Shown here: positions 61,114-64,000 of the stretch, piece by piece
Layout of the letters: the number at the start of each line of letters is the position of its first letter
How positions within the stretch are numbered: position 1 is the stretch's first letter
Source: Candidatus Woesearchaeota archaeon
GTDB taxonomy: Archaea; Nanobdellota; Nanobdellia; Pacearchaeales; GW2011-AR1
Direction of reading: 5' to 3'
Assembly (NCBI GenBank): GCA_964559675.1
Contig: CAZLHJ010000002.1
Span: 658-64,657 of the forward strand
Length of the DNA stretch: 64,000 bases
The notes under the pieces: model-generated
Database searches by the model: none
What the model saw: the letters and a program-made list of their open reading frames with translations, nothing else
What the model was told of the DNA's origin: nothing
Made by a program: the position numbers and the translations under genes

Positions 61114-61555
61114 AAAGGGAGATATTCCAACTATTTTGTTATTTTTTATTTGCTTATTCTTAATCGGATTTGCATTATTTAGTTTTAACAGTATCGGTGG
61201 AAAATTTGGAAACACTCTCTCAGACGTAAATAGGGTTTACAAAGAAGTAATAATTTCAGAAGAGTTTTTACAAAAAAGTATTTTGAAACTTGGAGTGGAA
61301 TCTAAATGTAATAAGGAAGAGTTTGTAAGGATAAGTAGGGAAAGTCCGAGATTAAAGAATTTAGATCCTGTTTTTGAAAAATTGGAATATGGAGAGTTTG
61401 ATTTAAGTCTTGATGGTGAAGGGTGTTCTTTTAAGATAGAAAATTTAAAATTTAAAGCTGAAAGAGAAGATGTTAGATTAGAAAGGAATTATGATCTGGA
61501 AATGGCCTTTAGTTTAAGTTCAAAATTAATTAAATTGGAAAAGGTTTATAAATAA
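61106..61555 (+). CDS. Pilin-like protein 9
   Basis: MNRKGDIPTILLFFICLFLIGFALF, from the internal Met of track ORF 61052..61555. Confidence 0.6.
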   Translation: MNRKGDIPTILLFFICLFLIGFALFSFNSIGGKFGNTLSDVNRVYKEVIISEEFLQKSILKLGVESKCNKEEFVRISRESPRLKNLDPVFEKLEYGEFDLSLDGEGCSFKIENLKFKAEREDVRLERNYDLEMAFSLSSKLIKLEKVYK

Positions 61556-61558
61556 AAG

Positions 61559-62017
61559 ATGTTTAGCACTAACATGTTCAATAAGAGAGGTCAAGAGGGA
61601 ATTACAATTGGAACATTATTATTAATTGTTCTGGGTTTAGTTGTTGTTGTTACTATTATTATCGGAGCTACTTCAGGATTTGGATTTATTTTTGATAAAT
61701 TTAAATTAGCTCCTGGACAAGATTTGCAAGCAGTTGCAAAGAGTTGTGAAATAGCTGCACAGAATAATTTGAAAGCAGATTATTGTTACACATTTAAGGA
61801 AGTTGAATTGGATGGTAAAAGTCAATATGTAAATTGTGAGGACTCAAGAGTTATTGCTTCAATGGTAGAGCAAGTAGATAAGTCTTTTACATGTGACGAT
61901 GTAGATGAGAAAAGCGCAATAGAAAATTATTGTATGAATAATGTTGCAGAGAAAGATTGGGAAAAAATATTAGTTAATGGAAAGACTTGTAAAGATTACG
62001 GGTATATGCTATCTTAA
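61559..62017 (+). CDS. Pilin-like protein 10 (6 Cys)
   Basis: MFSTNMFNKRGQEGITIGTLLLIVLGLVVVVTIIIG. Confidence 0.6.
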   Translation: MFSTNMFNKRGQEGITIGTLLLIVLGLVVVVTIIIGATSGFGFIFDKFKLAPGQDLQAVAKSCEIAAQNNLKADYCYTFKEVELDGKSQYVNCEDSRVIASMVEQVDKSFTCDDVDEKSAIENYCMNNVAEKDWEKILVNGKTCKDYGYMLS

Positions 62018-62317
62018 ATTTATTAGTTCTAGAGGTTAGATTTTTAAACTATCGTCGCTAGTATATAATATGGATTATGGATATGGTGACAAGAGAAGTA
62101 AGAAGAAGGACAAGTTTAGAGAGAGAAAGAAGCATCCATATAAGATGGGCGGGGCACATAGGTCGACTAAGATTTCTCTAAGTAGTGTTAATTCTAGTGG
62201 AAACTCCGAGAGCTCTAGTTCAAATTCTGGAGATAAAAGTAAGAAGAAAAAGAGAAGGTAGTTCTTTAATTATTCAGATTCAGAAAATTGGTTTAGGTTA
62301 TCTGGCTTATTAAATTT

Positions 62318-63301
62318 TTATTGGTGATTATTCATTATTTCTTCTACTATTTTTAAAGTATATAATAAGATTATCGGGCCGATTATAAATCCAAATATCC
62401 CAAATACAGGTATTCCTCCAAAGACTCCAAGAAGCATAATCATTGGGTGGATATTTGATTTATCTCCAACAAGTTTGATTCTTAGCAAGTTATCTATCCC
62501 AAAGCTCACAATAACTCCAGTGATGATTACTCCTATTGCTCCCGGGATGTTTTGTGCAAAAATAAGGTATAATGCGGTAGGTACCCAAATAATCGCAGGG
62601 CCTATTGCAGGGATGAATGCAGAAAAGAATATTAGTGCAGGTAGGAATAGGTATGCATCGACTCCTGAGAAATAAAATCCAACTACTGAGACTACAAATT
62701 CAATTAGCGCAATTAAAATTGTTCCGTAGACGATGTTTCGTGTTGAAAGGGCGATTTCCTTTGAAAATTGTTTTTTATTCTTTGAGGGGATGAGGTTAAC
62801 TGCTTTTTCAGTTAGTAAATTCCAGTTTATTAGGATATAATACATTGCAAAAAACGTGATTAAAAGAGCGATTAAAATGGAAGGTAAGAAGGCCGCTGCA
62901 GTAGTGAATAACGAAACTACTATCTTTATTGTTTGATTTGTAAGATTTTGCACATCTATATCTAAATTATTAATTAGTTCAGTATTTTGGAAGAATGCAT
63001 TTATCTTGGAGAGAAATTCAGGATTTGTAACGGTAGATGCTTGATTTATTATACCTGCAGTCAGTGCGCCTAATGGAAGAATAATTAACAATATAACTAA
63101 TAAAATACAAAGAATTGCGGAAAGAGGTCTATTTGCTTTTTTAGTTAATCTATCGTAAAGAGGTTTTGTTAGATATGCTAGAATAAAAGCAGAGATTAAA
63201 GGTATTATGAATGGCTTTATTACTAAATAAGATAGAAATATTAGTACAAGTATAAGTCCGAAAAAGAAATATCTCTTCGTATCGGAATTTGTTGGATTCA
63301 T
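62318..63301 (-). CDS. AI-2E/PerM (UPF0118) family transporter
   Basis: 327 aa with about 8 TM segments. The C-terminal half FSAFIPAIGPAIIWVP...GDKSNIHP is typical of the family. Confidence 0.7.
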   Translation of the reverse strand: MNPTNSDTKRYFFFGLILVLIFLSYLVIKPFIIPLISAFILAYLTKPLYDRLTKKANRPLSAILCILLVILLIILPLGALTAGIINQASTVTNPEFLSKINAFFQNTELINNLDIDVQNLTNQTIKIVVSLFTTAAAFLPSILIALLITFFAMYYILINWNLLTEKAVNLIPSKNKKQFSKEIALSTRNIVYGTILIALIEFVVSVVGFYFSGVDAYLFLPALIFFSAFIPAIGPAIIWVPTALYLIFAQNIPGAIGVIITGVIVSFGIDNLLRIKLVGDKSNIHPMIMLLGVFGGIPVFGIFGFIIGPIILLYTLKIVEEIMNNHQ

Positions 63302-63351
63302 ATAAATATAAATGAGATAACATTAATAAATCTTGTTGAATATTTTTAATT

Positions 63352-64000
63352 ATGCTTAATTTAGAGATGTACGGGGTTTTGTTTTTAATCGCTTTTCTAT
63401 TTGTAATATTTGCAGTGTTTCAAGATATTAAAAAGAGAGAAATTTCGAATTGGTTAAATTTTAGTTTAGTTGCTTTTGCTTTGGCTTATAGGGCTTTTTA
63501 TTCTGTTTATAATGATTGGAATTTCTTTTTTCATGGGCTAGTTGGATTTGTATTCTTTTTTGGATTAGCTAATTTGTTATATTATACTCGAGTTTTCGGA
63601 GGAGGGGATGCTAAATTACTAATGGGATTTGGGATTCTTTTACCATATAATTCGTATCTTGGTGTATTCACAGAAGGATTGTTTTTTATTTTTATTTTAT
63701 TAGCGATTGGAGGGATTTACGGTTTAATCTTTAGTATCTACCTAGCAATTAAAGATAGAAAAGAATTTAGTAAGAGGTATAATTCCAAATTTAAGAGGTA
63801 TAAAAAATATTTTTATGTTGTTTTATTTGTATTTTTAGTTTTATTTGTATTAGGTATTTTTATTGATTTATTCTATTTGATAATTGGAATTTTAATTTAT
63901 TTGAGTTTTAATTTATTTATTTTTATAAAATCTGTTGATGAGATGATGCTCGTTTTGAAAAAACCTGGGGATTTACAAGAGGGGGATTGGATTGAAAATG
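63352..64000 (+). CDS. A24-family prepilin/preflagellin peptidase (3' end outside the window)
   Basis: Open frame from the ATG at 63352 to the window end. The first Asp context is FQDIKKREISN and the second is VFGGGDAKLLMGFG. The protein is polytopic. Confidence 0.8.
   Translation, partial: MLNLEMYGVLFLIAFLFVIFAVFQDIKKREISNWLNFSLVAFALAYRAFYSVYNDWNFFFHGLVGFVFFFGLANLLYYTRVFGGGDAKLLMGFGILLPYNSYLGVFTEGLFFIFILLAIGGIYGLIFSIYLAIKDRKEFSKRYNSKFKRYKKYFYVVLFVFLVLFVLGIFIDLFYLIIGILIYLSFNLFIFIKSVDEMMLVLKKPGDLQEGDWIEN

Noticed and set aside
62070-62261. 63-aa Lys/Ser-rich ORF (MDYGYGDKRSKKKDKFRERKK...SSSNSGDKSKKKKRR)
   Set aside because: It could be real, but it is pure low-complexity sequence with no motif. 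I could not support it beyond being an open frame.

Overview
Strongly AT-rich, gene-dense archaeal chromosomal segment. PolD, Orc1/Cdc6, aCPSF1, the proteasome beta subunit, a class I CCA enzyme and class III (pilin-type) signal peptides mark it as archaeal. Many adjacent genes overlap by 4 nt (ATGA). My guess, as inference only, is a small-genome DPANN-type or related euryarchaeal lineage. All calls come from reading motifs by eye; no database search or RNA folding was run.

Main contents, left to right:
1. A housekeeping block at 0-18.7 kb: a PKD-domain surface protein fragment, a GTPase/DUF2073-like/Zn-ribbon triad, cca, a TrmB regulator, a presenilin-like protease, aCPSF1, psmB, mre11-rad50, two pilin-like genes, SRP RNA, argS, an FKBP and a RecJ-like nuclease.
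2. An accessory island of about 7.4 kb (18.7-26.2 kb). It holds short ORFs with no recognisable function, three winged-helix genes and an array of five tiny membrane proteins. It also carries at least four separate short-repeat families, one of which has copies both in spacers and inside a winged-helix gene. I consider this the most unusual part of the window.
3. Lhr helicase, a small ORF and an MPE-type phosphoesterase.
4. A textbook replication origin at about 31.0-31.3 kb: three ORB-like boxes in inverted arrangement around an AT-only unwinding element. It is followed by orc1/cdc6 and PolD DP1/DP2. DP2 carries a 474-aa LAGLIDADG intein inserted directly before the conserved CDGDE motif.
5. 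A further housekeeping block: tyrS, a DRG GTPase, an M16 peptidase, a LigT-like protein and a Hef homologue encoded as two separate genes.
6. A type IV pilus-like locus of about 13 kb (50.9-64.0 kb): ATPase, polytopic platform protein, ten consecutive pilin-like genes and a prepilin peptidase that runs off the window end.

No CRISPR array, tRNA, rRNA, integrase or transposase was recognised.
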